Assembly: GCA_965219685.1 (NCBI GenBank)
Contig: CBDCOH010000002.1
Span: forward strand, 1,376,001 to 1,440,000
Direction: 5' to 3'
Length of the DNA stretch: 64,000 nucleotides
Source of the DNA: Candidatus Spongiisociaceae bacterium
GTDB lineage: Bacteria; Actinomycetota; Acidimicrobiia; Spongiisociales; Spongiisociaceae
Part shown: one piece after another, positions 10,057 to 19,716 of the stretch
Numbering within the stretch: position 1 is the stretch's first letter
Layout: every line of letters starts with the position of its first letter
Notes under the pieces: model-generated
What the model was told of the DNA's origin: nothing
The model's database searches: none
The model's input: only the letters and a program-made list of their open reading frames with translations
Translations under genes and position numbers: made by a program

Positions 10057-10512
10057 GTGGCCCTGGCAACACCGACAGCTCAGGCACCGCGCGAGACGCG
10101 GCAGCTGTTTACCGCAGCGGACCTGCCCCGGCTCATGTCGGTGCCTTCGAGTGTTGACACCGACCCGTACCGTGCCCCGCTGCTCCAGTTCATTTGGGAT
10201 TGGAACATGGCCCACGACAAGGCGGACCTCGTCAGCGAGACCCCGGCCTATGACGGCAACGACCCACTGCTGCTACCGACCATCGCCGTGGTCGTCCACG
10301 CCCTAGCTGACCGTGACGGTGTCCCCGTACCCGGTTGGGTTCCCGGTCACCGAGCACCAGACGACGTGATGATGTTCGGGTGGGCGTTCGCCGGGCGCTA
10401 CGCACAGTGGGTCCGGATGCGCTCCCCTGCCGTATGCGCCCATCATCGAGTCTGGTTCCACCCGAGGATGCTCGACAAGGGCACCCCGGACTGGTGGCTG
10501 CCCTGGGATTGA
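10057..10512 (+). CDS. Hypothetical protein, probable partner/antitoxin of the downstream nucleotidyltransferase
   Basis: 3-nt gap to the next gene; resembles the C-terminal domain of actinobacterial proteins encoded upstream of DUF6036 genes; no HTH seen. Confidence 0.55.
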   Translation: MALATPTAQAPRETRQLFTAADLPRLMSVPSSVDTDPYRAPLLQFIWDWNMAHDKADLVSETPAYDGNDPLLLPTIAVVVHALADRDGVPVPGWVPGHRAPDDVMMFGWAFAGRYAQWVRMRSPAVCAHHRVWFHPRMLDKGTPDWWLPWD

Positions 10513-10515
10513 GCG

Positions 10516-11085
10516 GTGCCGCACCGAAACCTGCTCAACGCTGAACGGATCGGAGAACTGTTCCAGGCGGTGGACACAGGCCTGAGCGGTTCCGGCCTTC
10601 GCTCGCCCGTTGAGATCGTGATCGTCGGCGGCGCTGCTGTAGCTCTGCAGTGGAACCGCCGGCGGGCAACCTACGACATCGACATCGTGTCCGAGGGCAT
10701 TCCATCGGTGTTCTGGGACGTGGTCGCAACGGTCGGCCGCGACGAGGATCTCGACGATGGCTGGTTGAACGCCGCGGCCCGTGTCAAAGCCCCATCCGCG
10801 CCTACGCCCGGGGAACCTACCGAGGTCTATGGCGGGCCAAACCTGCGGGTGTGCGGGGCAAGCGCGCACTATGTGCTGGCCATGAAACTGATCGCCGGCC
10901 GCCCAGTAGACCGAGCCGACATGCCTGCCCTCTTAGAGGCCGCCCGGCCACAGAGCAAAGATGCCCTGTACGACCTAATCGAACAGGCCTATCCGACGGC
11001 CCAGATCCCCGCCTCCGTCGGATACCTCATCGACGAGGTGTGGCACGACTACGCCGCTTCCGATCCCGAGCCGCCTCTCCTATGA
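10516..11085 (+). CDS. DUF6036/AbiEii-like nucleotidyltransferase
   Basis: IVGGAAVAL..RATYDID, WLN, LAMKLIAGRPVDRAD. Confidence 0.8.
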   Translation: MPHRNLLNAERIGELFQAVDTGLSGSGLRSPVEIVIVGGAAVALQWNRRRATYDIDIVSEGIPSVFWDVVATVGRDEDLDDGWLNAAARVKAPSAPTPGEPTEVYGGPNLRVCGASAHYVLAMKLIAGRPVDRADMPALLEAARPQSKDALYDLIEQAYPTAQIPASVGYLIDEVWHDYAASDPEPPLL

Positions 11086-11155
11086 GTACTTGATCATCCG
11101 GCAGGTCAAGTAGTTCACATCCTTGAGCGACCGAAATCCGCGTCGGCCCCCCGGC

Positions 11156-12319
11156 TTACAGGCGTCCGGCGCCGTGCTCGGGGTATAGCTCCTGGTAGAG
11201 CTTCCCCCGCTGGTACGGGTAGGCCTCCAGGACGGTCTCGTCGATCTCTATCCCCAGCCCGGGCCCGGCGGGGACCGCCATGCGGCCGTTCTCGACGCGG
11301 TCCATGCCGAAGATGGGGTCGGCCAGCAACTCGTCCCGTAGCGGCTGGTACGGGTCGGGGTCGTACTCGAGCACCTCGGGCTCGATCGCGGCCGCCAGAT
11401 GGAGACCGGCGGCGAATCCCACTGCGGTCAGGCCTCCGATGTGGGGGACCACCGCGAGATCGTGCGCCTTCGCCAGGGCAGCCACCTCCATGCAGGCGAG
11501 TATGCCTCCGCAGACTGTGGGGTCGGGCTGGAGAACGTCCGCGGCGCGATGATGCACCACGTTCGCGAATCCGGCCAGGGAGAAGACCCGCTCGCCCACC
11601 GCGATACGGACCGGCGACTCGGCCCGGAGCTCGGCAAGCGCCTCGATCATGTACTGGGGAAGGGGCTCCTCGTAGAAGCTCACGTTGTACGGTTCCATCC
11701 TCCGGGCCAGGCGGATCGCCTCCCGGAGCGTGTATGTCCAGTAGCCGTCGGCCATCAGCAGGCAGTCGTCGCCGATGACGCTCCTGGTCCGGGTGATCAG
11801 GTCGAGGTCCCGATCCGGGTCGTTGCCCAGCCGCACCTTGATGGCCTTGATCCCGACGTCGAGGACATCGTCGAAGTACGTCTCGTGCCAGCCGAGGTCC
11901 ACCTCGAACGAAGTCGTGCCCGTCGCGTACAGGGGCAGACTGTCCACGCCGGCGCCGAGTATCGCCGCAATCGAGACACCGTGCTCCTTCCCGAAGATGT
12001 CCCACAGGGCGATCTCGATGGCGCCGATGACCTGCGCCGAGATACCGTCCCATCCGAGGTACCCGTCGAGCCAGAGGTGCATCTCGGCCAGCCGGGCTCT
12101 GATCGCCAGCGGGTCCTTCCCGACCAGCAGGTCGGCAAGGACATCATCCACGATGGTCTCCACGACCGTGGGGTACGAATGCCCGTAGGACGAGCTTGCC
12201 TCACCCCACCCGACATGGCCGGCGTCCGTCTCGATCCTCACGAGCGAGAAGCTGCGATGCATCGCCGGATCGACCTTCATGTAGCCGGCCGAGAAGGCCT
12301 TGATCCGGGTGATCCTCAT
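11156..12319 (-). CDS. Mandelate racemase/muconate lactonizing enzyme family (enolase superfamily)
   Basis: RIETDAGHVGWGE, IEIALWDIFGK, KVRLG, LMAD, EEP, GE, QPD, H. Confidence 0.9.
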   Translation of the reverse strand: MRITRIKAFSAGYMKVDPAMHRSFSLVRIETDAGHVGWGEASSSYGHSYPTVVETIVDDVLADLLVGKDPLAIRARLAEMHLWLDGYLGWDGISAQVIGAIEIALWDIFGKEHGVSIAAILGAGVDSLPLYATGTTSFEVDLGWHETYFDDVLDVGIKAIKVRLGNDPDRDLDLITRTRSVIGDDCLLMADGYWTYTLREAIRLARRMEPYNVSFYEEPLPQYMIEALAELRAESPVRIAVGERVFSLAGFANVVHHRAADVLQPDPTVCGGILACMEVAALAKAHDLAVVPHIGGLTAVGFAAGLHLAAAIEPEVLEYDPDPYQPLRDELLADPIFGMDRVENGRMAVPAGPGLGIEIDETVLEAYPYQRGKLYQELYPEHGAGRL

Positions 12320-12350
12320 GCGATCACCGCCGCGGGGCCGGGCTGCAACG

Positions 12351-12755
12351 TCATTGCTGTGTCCCGGCCTCGAACTTGCCCACCAGCGTGGGGGCGGGAA
12401 CCTCCTCCGGCGCGGTCTCCAGGTATCCGGTGACGCTGACGATCGTATCCCTGAACCAGATATCGAAGGGGTTGTCGGACGCGGTCATCTTGTCGAGGAT
12501 GTCCTCGGGGTCGACGCCGTCGATGGCGACGATGGCCAGATCCATCCCGGGAAGGCGCTGCTCCCACACGACCTCGCGCGTGACGCCCATCCGCCTGTGA
12601 TGGTCGGCCCATTCCTCATACCTGGGACCCGTGACCTCCTGCATCATCCGACGCCACGCCTCCCGCTTGCCGGGAAGGATCGGCGCCACGATCAGGAACT
12701 CGGTCGTGCCTGCCAACGGGTCCTCCCTTGCTCGGGCGGGTCCGGAGTGTATCAA
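12351..12755 (-). CDS. Hypothetical small protein (dimeric alpha-beta barrel-like)
   Basis: PILPGKREAWRR..SDNPFDIWFR; co-oriented with the racemase gene. Confidence 0.6.
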   Translation of the reverse strand: MIHSGPARAREDPLAGTTEFLIVAPILPGKREAWRRMMQEVTGPRYEEWADHHRRMGVTREVVWEQRLPGMDLAIVAIDGVDPEDILDKMTASDNPFDIWFRDTIVSVTGYLETAPEEVPAPTLVGKFEAGTQQ

Positions 12756-12807
12756 TCCGGTAGCCCGCCGGCCCGATCATCGCGGGTGAGCCACCCCCCT
12801 ACAATCG

Positions 12808-13257
12808 TTGTGTGCGGTGGTCACGAACGTGCCCATGGGATCGAAGGGCGCCGGTGTGAAGGTATTCGACTTCGATCCGGGCAGGATCCATCTGTTGAGC
12901 TTCAGCCAGGGTGACGACCTGCTGGACTCGTTGACGGCATTCGCCCGATCCAGCGGCATCCTGGCCGCGACCATCACCTTCCTCGGCTCGGTCAGCCGCG
13001 CCGACCTGTCCTGGTACGACCCGGACGCGGGCGACTACCGCACCATCGTCCGGGAGGAGCAGTTGGAGGTTGCGGGTGGAACCGGCAACATCTCTCTGTA
13101 CGAAGGCCAACCGCTGGTGCACATCCACGCGGTCTTCGCTGACTCGACCGGCCGGACGATCGGCGGCCACATCAACCCGGGAACAACTGTGTTCGCTATG
13201 GAGGCCACGGTCCAGCAGTTGGTGGGCGATCCGCCGGAGTTCTGGGGAACCCTATGA
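12808..13257 (+). CDS. PPC/DUF296 domain protein
   Basis: EVAGGTGNIS..PLVHIHAVFAD..GGH; start uncertain. Confidence 0.88.
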   Translation: MCAVVTNVPMGSKGAGVKVFDFDPGRIHLLSFSQGDDLLDSLTAFARSSGILAATITFLGSVSRADLSWYDPDAGDYRTIVREEQLEVAGGTGNISLYEGQPLVHIHAVFADSTGRTIGGHINPGTTVFAMEATVQQLVGDPPEFWGTL

Positions 13258-13331
13258 GCCAACCGCGGCCTCGATCGGGATCCGGGATATGGAGCGCACC
13301 GGCGGGGCATCAGCGCATTCGATCAGGGACG

Positions 13332-13499
13332 AGCGGTCTGCCTGCGAAACAACTTGGCGTGGTCTGCTTGCCATCGGCGCCCCTCACTGCGTTCCGCTTC
13401 CTTGACGTACCGCTGCGGGGTACGCCTTTGTCAGCGGGCCTCGCGAGGAACACCGCTGCCGTCGCATACCACACCGCCATCCCACAGACAGACCGCTAG
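13332..13499. mobile_element. MITE-like ~165-bp palindromic element, copy 1
   Basis: Terminal IRs AGCGGTCTGCCTG / CAGACAGACCGCT, ends in CTAG; aligns end to end with 19443..19608. Confidence 0.75.
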
Positions 13500-13532
13500 T
13501 CTCCGTTTCCGGGGACCCCCGAGGAGGAGCCA

Positions 13533-14351
13533 TTGACTGACCGCATCTTGGAAGACGGTGACGTAGGAGGGGACGTCGCAGCTGCTTCCCCGGTCATCTC
13601 CCTGCAAGACGTGAGTAAGGAGTTCAAGCTCCGGAGGGGCGAGTCGTTGCTGGCGGTCTCCGACGTCAGCTTCGAGGTGGCAGCCGGGGAGTTCGTGGCG
13701 CTAATCGGTCCTTCCGGCTGCGGCAAGTCGACCTTGCTGCGGCTGGTCGGGTCGCTGGAGGTGCCTTCGAGCGGCACGGTGGTGGTGAACGGGCGCCAGC
13801 CTGCCGAGTTGGCGGCGGCGCATCGCCTGGGAGTGGCGTTCCAGGATCACGCGCTGCTTCCGTGGCTCAGTTCGTGGGACAACATCGCCCTGCCGTTCCA
13901 CGTCGCCGGGATGAAACCGGACAAGCAGCGCATCGCCGAGCTCATCTCGCTCGTCGGCATGGTGGGGTTCGAGAAGGCGAGGCCGAAACAGCTCTCTGGC
14001 GGCATGCGCCAGCGGATCGCCATCGCCCGCGCCCTCGCTCTGAACCCCGAAGTGCTGCTCCTCGACGAGCCGTTCGGGGCTCTCGACGCGGTGACCCGCC
14101 GGCAGATGAACATGGAACTGCAGCGGATCTGGTCGGCCCAGCAGCACACCACGATTCTGGTGACCCATTCGGTGGACGAGGCCCTGTTCCTCGCCGACCG
14201 CGTCATCGTCCTGACCGAGCGTCCGGGGCAGGTGAAGTTGGTGCAGGAAGTGAACTTCGAAAGACCTCGAACGAGGGAACTTGCTACCACGTCTGAGTTC
14301 CACGCCATTGCCGACGAACTCACCCTGGCCCTGGACTCGACCGGAACCTGA
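13533..14351 (+). CDS. ABC transporter ATP-binding protein (SsuB/TauB/NitT family)
   Basis: GPSGCGKST, LSGGMRQR, LLLDEPFGALD, VTH; TTG start after GAGGAGG. Confidence 0.93.
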   Translation: MTDRILEDGDVGGDVAAASPVISLQDVSKEFKLRRGESLLAVSDVSFEVAAGEFVALIGPSGCGKSTLLRLVGSLEVPSSGTVVVNGRQPAELAAAHRLGVAFQDHALLPWLSSWDNIALPFHVAGMKPDKQRIAELISLVGMVGFEKARPKQLSGGMRQRIAIARALALNPEVLLLDEPFGALDAVTRRQMNMELQRIWSAQQHTTILVTHSVDEALFLADRVIVLTERPGQVKLVQEVNFERPRTRELATTSEFHAIADELTLALDSTGT

Positions 14352-14530
14352 ACCCTGACCTCGCCTGCGACGGTGGGCGGCACGAAAGAGCTGTGCGGAT
14401 ACTGGCACAGCCTCCAAACTCCATCACGACTACCGTCCTATTCGCGCCCACTTGGAGCGGCCACCCCCTACGTAGTAACCTGCAGTAGACCGCCTAAGAC
14501 CGGAGACATCTCATCCTTCAACACAGCGAG

Positions 14531-16267
14531 TTAGTTTCCAACTAGGCGCCACTCTCTTGCCAACGTACTGACCAGTATCTTCTGCCGACGTTCTAGAACA
14601 CTCGGCGTCCACTCGGACTCGCTGATAACCTGCGTAGTTAGAGGATAAACGGAGACACCGTTACGTTGGAAGTAGACGGTCTTCTTCCGCTGAAAGGCCC
14701 AGTTCGAGGCACGAGAGTTCTTACGACGTGATAAAATGACAAGATTCGCTAACTTATGGGTCCATTCACACCGTTCTTCTTCGTCGGGGAACCACTCAGT
14801 CCACTCCGAATCCTCCATCGGATTCTGTGGAAGTACGTGCTCCACCGTAACGATCCTACGATCATACGTAGCCCCGGAGTTTGACTCAGCAACAAGACTA
14901 TCTAGACGGAGCAATAGAACGCGCCGGGCGATAGCCACCCATCTGTATACATCACCGTCTAACCGCCGCAGTATTGACTCCTTTTCGGAAGCGCACAACT
15001 GTAGCGGTGAATCAGGATGCGATAAGTCGCTCCCTCCTTCTATAGCATTCAGTAATTGTGCGTAACGCTTGATTCGTGTGTTGACATTCGCCCGGATAAT
15101 GAACAGTCCATAGGCAAGTCTCTCTAGGTCCTTAGCGAATGTGACCACCTGTCTGTAGTCCCCCGCGTTCCGATGGAAGAAGGCCATGGCTGGTGGCATC
15201 CAATCAGAGTTATCAAGTCGCCTCAGATAAGTAAGGTACTTGTTGACCTCTTCCGCATAGTGAGTGCTTTCATAAGAGGCGAAGCGGACCGTTTCATACA
15301 CTCTGGCATACGGGATCAACGTTTCCTTGATAAAACCTTGACCTGTTGAGGTTGTAAGGATGTGGTCTAAGAAGTCAGCCTGAAGCGTCTGTCGCATCTT
15401 CGTCTTCAAGTGTATCATCCGTATATGAGTAAAGAGATCACGAAAGTTGCCTCGGCCCAGTCGTTCTTCAGTATTCTCCCAGTCTTCCCCGTAGGATGCC
15501 TGGTCTGACTCTTGGATTCGCCCGATCGTTTCGGCCTTTAGGATGTCGGTCGGAGATAGGTCGAGTCCACGATCATTCATGACAGAGAAAGTGCGATACG
15601 CGGAATCTCTGTCGGTAGCGGTCACGACCACGAGATAGCAGTGTCGCACGATAAAGGTCGCGAACTTGATCTGCTCAGCATCGGGTAATAGTTCGAGTGT
15701 CCGCACAATTCGATCTACGTTGTCTACTATACGTTCTTGGATGTCGGTAAAGTCAGATCGATCCTCGGCGGCTAACTGTTCAATATTGTCGTTTGCCTGG
15801 ACATAGTTCTCAAAAAAGGGCTGATCACGATCACGAAGGCGTAAGCGGAATTGGTCTGGTATCCCCTTTATAGCACTACCTTTCTGCCTGATGAATTCGT
15901 CAAGCTCTAACTTTCTTTCGCTATTGTCTATAAGACCTCGTAGTACACAAAGGATCATTGTAAGTGTCGTCAAACGCTGTTGGCCGTCCACTACCGCACT
16001 CTTTGGGACTTTCTCTTTTTTAATGAGAACTATACTCCCAAGGAAGTATGGCGCTGTAGGGTCGCGCTTCATAGCGTCTAGGAGGTCATCGAGGAGTTCA
16101 TCAACCTGCTCCGTAGTCCAAGCATACGGACGCTGGTACAGAGGGACGTGAAAGAGATACTGGTCGCCAAACACGGCGACCAGGTTCTTCTCAGCTGCCT
16201 TGATCACCTGAGACGCCGCTACCCCCCGTCCGCTGGCCGATTCGATTGAGGCTAGCAGGCTCTTCAC
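14531..16267 (-). CDS. DUF262/DUF1524 GmrSD-family modification-dependent restriction endonuclease
   Basis: YQRPYAW, VVDGQQRLTT, MNDRG, EHVLPQ, LANLVILSRRKNSRASN; markedly lower GC. Confidence 0.88.
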   Translation of the reverse strand: MKSLLASIESASGRGVAASQVIKAAEKNLVAVFGDQYLFHVPLYQRPYAWTTEQVDELLDDLLDAMKRDPTAPYFLGSIVLIKKEKVPKSAVVDGQQRLTTLTMILCVLRGLIDNSERKLELDEFIRQKGSAIKGIPDQFRLRLRDRDQPFFENYVQANDNIEQLAAEDRSDFTDIQERIVDNVDRIVRTLELLPDAEQIKFATFIVRHCYLVVVTATDRDSAYRTFSVMNDRGLDLSPTDILKAETIGRIQESDQASYGEDWENTEERLGRGNFRDLFTHIRMIHLKTKMRQTLQADFLDHILTTSTGQGFIKETLIPYARVYETVRFASYESTHYAEEVNKYLTYLRRLDNSDWMPPAMAFFHRNAGDYRQVVTFAKDLERLAYGLFIIRANVNTRIKRYAQLLNAIEGGSDLSHPDSPLQLCASEKESILRRLDGDVYRWVAIARRVLLLRLDSLVAESNSGATYDRRIVTVEHVLPQNPMEDSEWTEWFPDEEERCEWTHKLANLVILSRRKNSRASNWAFQRKKTVYFQRNGVSVYPLTTQVISESEWTPSVLERRQKILVSTLAREWRLVGN

Positions 16268-16374
16268 TGGCCTCGTTATGCAGTTAAGCAGGAAAAGGTA
16301 CTGACACTACCTTGAAGGAACCAGGTTGAGGGCTGCGCGCATCGAAACGTCCCGCTCGGACTCCTAAACGGGGA

Positions 16375-16405
16375 AGGTGGTGCCCCGATTATCGGGGCAC
16401 CACCT
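16375..16405 (-). terminator. Hairpin terminator downstream of the SBP gene
   Basis: AGGTGGTGCCCCGAT-T-ATCGGGGCACCACCT perfect inverted repeat. Confidence 0.7.
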
Positions 16406-16429
16406 CTTAGAACTGGGCCACCCGTGAGA

Positions 16430-17647
16430 TCAGCAGTCCAGGAGCGACGCTCCGCAGCCGGCGAACGCATCATCGAGCAAGCTGGTGTCGATCATCGCTT
16501 CGGGACTGGGAAGGTTCTCGATGCCGGTCAGGCCCAGGACGTCCCACATGGTGGACGCCATGAGATCGAAATCCATCTGGAACAGGCCTTTCTCGTCGGT
16601 GAGGCTGCTCGTCATCAGAGGCACCTGAGCGTCATGGACGGGCCGCTGGAACGAGATGTCCATGCCGAGCTCGGCCCCGCCCCACTTGTTCATCATGAGG
16701 TCGATGGCGGTGTCGGGATCGGCGAAGGCCGCTTCCCAACCCTTGATCATCGCCCGCAGGAACCCCACCATCGCATCGCGGTTCTCGTCCAGGAAGCTGC
16801 GGTTGACGAATGCCAGGTCGTGGTACATCTGCATGCCGAGTTCGGCATAGGAGACGGCCACGTTGTCGACACCCATGAAGTCGAGGATGACGGGGTGGCT
16901 GTTCATGTAGTTGATCTGGCCCCGCACCAAGCCTTCGGCCACCGGTGACGGATCGAAGCCGACCGGGACCATGTCGTAGCACCCGGCTTCCAGCCCGTTG
17001 AGGACCAGCAGGGCATCGAGCTGGACTATGTCACCGGGGGTGGCGCCGATCTTGCTGCCGCAAATGTCGCTCGCAACCAGGATCGGGTCGGAGGCCAGGG
17101 AACTGATCCCCAGGATGCCCTCCTGCAGCCTGGTACCGAAGATCACGAATTCGTCGCCCTGTGACACCGCATCGGCGATGATGGCCAGACCGCCGAAGCC
17201 GATGTCCGCAGCTCCCCCGGCCAGGATCTGGACGGGGTGTGGGACGTTCGGGCCCCCGTACTCGAACTCGGGCGCCACGTTCTCATCGGCGAAGAACCCC
17301 AGTTCGTCCGCCATGTACAGGCCCAGGAACCCAGGATCTGCCGTCCAGTTGAGCCGGACCCGGATAACGGTCGGCTCCATGGGAGCTTCGGTGGTCGGCG
17401 CCGCGGTCGTCTCCGGAGCGGCGGTCGTAGCCGGCGCAGCGGTCGTGTCCGGCGCTGCCGTCGTGGCGGGCGCCGCGGTTGTCGCGGGCGCTGCGGTCGT
17501 GGCGGGCGCTGCGGTCGTGGCGGCAGGCTCGTCGTCACCACACGCGGCGGCCAGCAAGGCCAGCACGAGGATGACCCCGCCCAATCGTGATCTGGATGAG
17601 TACTGCAAAGGGTGCCTCCTACAACGCATGCGCCTTAAGTCTGCCAC
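16430..17647 (-). CDS. ABC substrate-binding lipoprotein, SsuA/THI5-like; paralogue of 2117..3292
   Basis: GTG after GGGAGA; lipobox AAAC-G; repeated TTAAP linker; C-terminus GCGASLLDC vs GCGSSLLDC. Confidence 0.87.
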   Translation of the reverse strand: MADLRRMRCRRHPLQYSSRSRLGGVILVLALLAAACGDDEPAATTAAPATTAAPATTAAPATTAAPDTTAAPATTAAPETTAAPTTEAPMEPTVIRVRLNWTADPGFLGLYMADELGFFADENVAPEFEYGGPNVPHPVQILAGGAADIGFGGLAIIADAVSQGDEFVIFGTRLQEGILGISSLASDPILVASDICGSKIGATPGDIVQLDALLVLNGLEAGCYDMVPVGFDPSPVAEGLVRGQINYMNSHPVILDFMGVDNVAVSYAELGMQMYHDLAFVNRSFLDENRDAMVGFLRAMIKGWEAAFADPDTAIDLMMNKWGGAELGMDISFQRPVHDAQVPLMTSSLTDEKGLFQMDFDLMASTMWDVLGLTGIENLPSPEAMIDTSLLDDAFAGCGASLLDC

Positions 17648-17706
17648 CCTGTCTCCCCGAATGGGAATGCGATCCGGCGCGAATCCGATGGGATCCCGGA
17701 ACGGTC

Positions 17707-19431
17707 TCAGAGCATCCGCTGCTGGCCGCGTTCCTCGAGCCGGCTGGCCCCTACGTACACGACGACCGACAGTACGACTATCACAACTGCAGAACCCCAG
17801 GCCCGAGGCATTTCGAGACCGGCATAGGAGATGGCGAAGAGCCACCCGAGTCCGTCGCGGCCGGTGAGGAACTCTCCCAGGATGGCGGCGACGATCGCCA
17901 GGGCCCCGTTCAGCCGAAGGGCGGTGAGCAGGTCGGGCACCGCAGACGGCAACGCCAGGTGGCGCAGCCGGGCATGCCGTCGCGCTCCCATGACCGAGAA
18001 GACATCGTCGGCACCAGGAGGGGTGGAACGGAAACCGGAACTGACCAGAACGAACGTCGGGAACATCGACACCAGGGCGGCCACCGCCACGACGGTCGTC
18101 CGCGTGTAACCGATCACCCTGGCCATGATCGGCACGGTCGCCACCAGCGGCACCGAGTACATGATGATCATCGGCGTGGTAAGCATTCCCTTCAGCACCG
18201 GAGACAGCCAGCCGGCCAGTGCCACTGCCAGCCCGATCAGGCTTCCGACCGCCAAGCCCACCGCAGCCATCTGCAGCGTATTGAACGTGTATTCGAGGTA
18301 GGTACCCGGGTCGGCGGCGATGTCGCTCACCACCGACGAGGGGGTCGGCGCCACTATGGGACTCACCTCCCAAACCGTGACCGCGAACTGCCAGAAGCCG
18401 ATGACGACGACGAACGGCCACACCGTGAGGGCGATGTCGCCCACTCGCCGGCGCCAAGAGGGGGACTCCCCGTGCCCCTCCGTCGATCCGCCGGTACCCG
18501 CCAACTCCCTGACGTCTTGGCGCACCGAGAAGTCACGACGCCGGACCAGTTCCTCTATCAAGGCGAGGAACCCGAAGGCCACGATCGCTATGAACGCGGT
18601 GAGCCCGGCCGCGGCCCACAGCCTGGCCGTGAAGAACTGCTGGAGCGCGACGACCATCACCAGGCCCAGTCCCGGCTCGGTCGTGCCGAACCACTCGCCG
18701 AAAACGACGCCGAACATGGCGGCGGGAGCGCCGAGCTTGGCCGCGTACACGATCGAGGGCAACACCGCCGGCATCTCGAGCCTCCAGAACCGGCCGGTCC
18801 TGGAAGCGCCCAGAACGGTGAACACATCCTGGTGGGACCGGCTCACGAGGTTGAAGCCGGAACTCACCGCGATGAAGCTCGAGAAGAACACCGCCAGGCT
18901 CGCGAAGACCAGCGGGGTCGCGGACGACGAGACCACCATGACGATGAGCGGACCGAGAGCGATCCAGGGAATGGAGTTGACGACGGTGGCAAGGCGACCG
19001 ATTCCCCGCCGGAGCGGGGTGATGAGCAACCCGACGATGGCCAGGGAGACGCCCAGTGCCATTCCGGCGGCGAAGCCTCTCACCGCGTCCCAGATCGTGC
19101 CTATGCCGGCTCGCCAGAGTATCTCCCTGTCATCGGAGAGAGACTTGAGAACATCGGAAAAAGGCGGCCAACCCCTACCGAACGCCTCGGCTTGGCCGAC
19201 CAGTTCCCAGGCGGCGAGGAGGACCGCGACGCCCCCGATCCCCAGAACGGCTGATCGCCAGCCCGATATGTCCTTTGCGGGGATGGCTAGGCGCCCTTCG
19301 ATCGACCGGAGCCGGTGCCGCTCCGGCAGTCCGTACCCGACCACCGTCGACCCGGTCGTGACGATGACAAGGCCACCACCGCTAGTCCTGTGCGGCCGAA
19401 ACCGAACCCTCCGGTTGCCATGTCCGATCAT
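17707..19431 (-). CDS. ABC permease with two fused SsuC-like domains (start uncertain)
   Basis: Halves align with 312..1079 and 1079..1915 (NSIPWIALGP; AAKLGAPAAMFGVVFGEWFG; SMFPTFVLV). Confidence 0.88.
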   Translation of the reverse strand: MIGHGNRRVRFRPHRTSGGGLVIVTTGSTVVGYGLPERHRLRSIEGRLAIPAKDISGWRSAVLGIGGVAVLLAAWELVGQAEAFGRGWPPFSDVLKSLSDDREILWRAGIGTIWDAVRGFAAGMALGVSLAIVGLLITPLRRGIGRLATVVNSIPWIALGPLIVMVVSSSATPLVFASLAVFFSSFIAVSSGFNLVSRSHQDVFTVLGASRTGRFWRLEMPAVLPSIVYAAKLGAPAAMFGVVFGEWFGTTEPGLGLVMVVALQQFFTARLWAAAGLTAFIAIVAFGFLALIEELVRRRDFSVRQDVRELAGTGGSTEGHGESPSWRRRVGDIALTVWPFVVVIGFWQFAVTVWEVSPIVAPTPSSVVSDIAADPGTYLEYTFNTLQMAAVGLAVGSLIGLAVALAGWLSPVLKGMLTTPMIIMYSVPLVATVPIMARVIGYTRTTVVAVAALVSMFPTFVLVSSGFRSTPPGADDVFSVMGARRHARLRHLALPSAVPDLLTALRLNGALAIVAAILGEFLTGRDGLGWLFAISYAGLEMPRAWGSAVVIVVLSVVVYVGASRLEERGQQRML

Positions 19432-19442
19432 CCCTTCGGGGT

Positions 19443-19608
19443 GTGGTCTGTCTGCGAAACAACGTGGCGTGTTCTGCTTGCCAGGGGCGCCCCTCGCGGC
19501 GTTCCGCTTCCCGAACGTACCACTGCGGGTACGCCTCCGTCAGCGGGCCTTTCAAGGAACACAGCTGCCGGCGCGTACCACACCGCCATTCCGCAGACAG
19601 ACCACTAG
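19443..19608. mobile_element. MITE-like ~165-bp palindromic element, copy 2
   Basis: 14-bp perfect terminal IR GTGGTCTGTCTGCG / CGCAGACAGACCAC, ends in CTAG; same orientation as copy 1. Confidence 0.75.
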
Positions 19609-19716
19609 CTCAGATTCGAGGATGATACCCGCCGGGCCGGTCCGGCAAGCAGGACGGAATCCACGATGTGCCGGTGCGCGCGACTAGCGTTGCAACCCGG
19701 CACCCAAAGGGACGAC

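Noticed and set aside
17390-17525. Repetitive DNA in SBP genes (also about 2230-2335)
   Set aside because: Encodes ordinary TTAAP low-complexity lipoprotein linkers
13332-19608. Composite transposon carrying GmrSD and the transporter
   Set aside because: No transposase, the two flanking copies are clearly diverged, and no shared target duplication is evident
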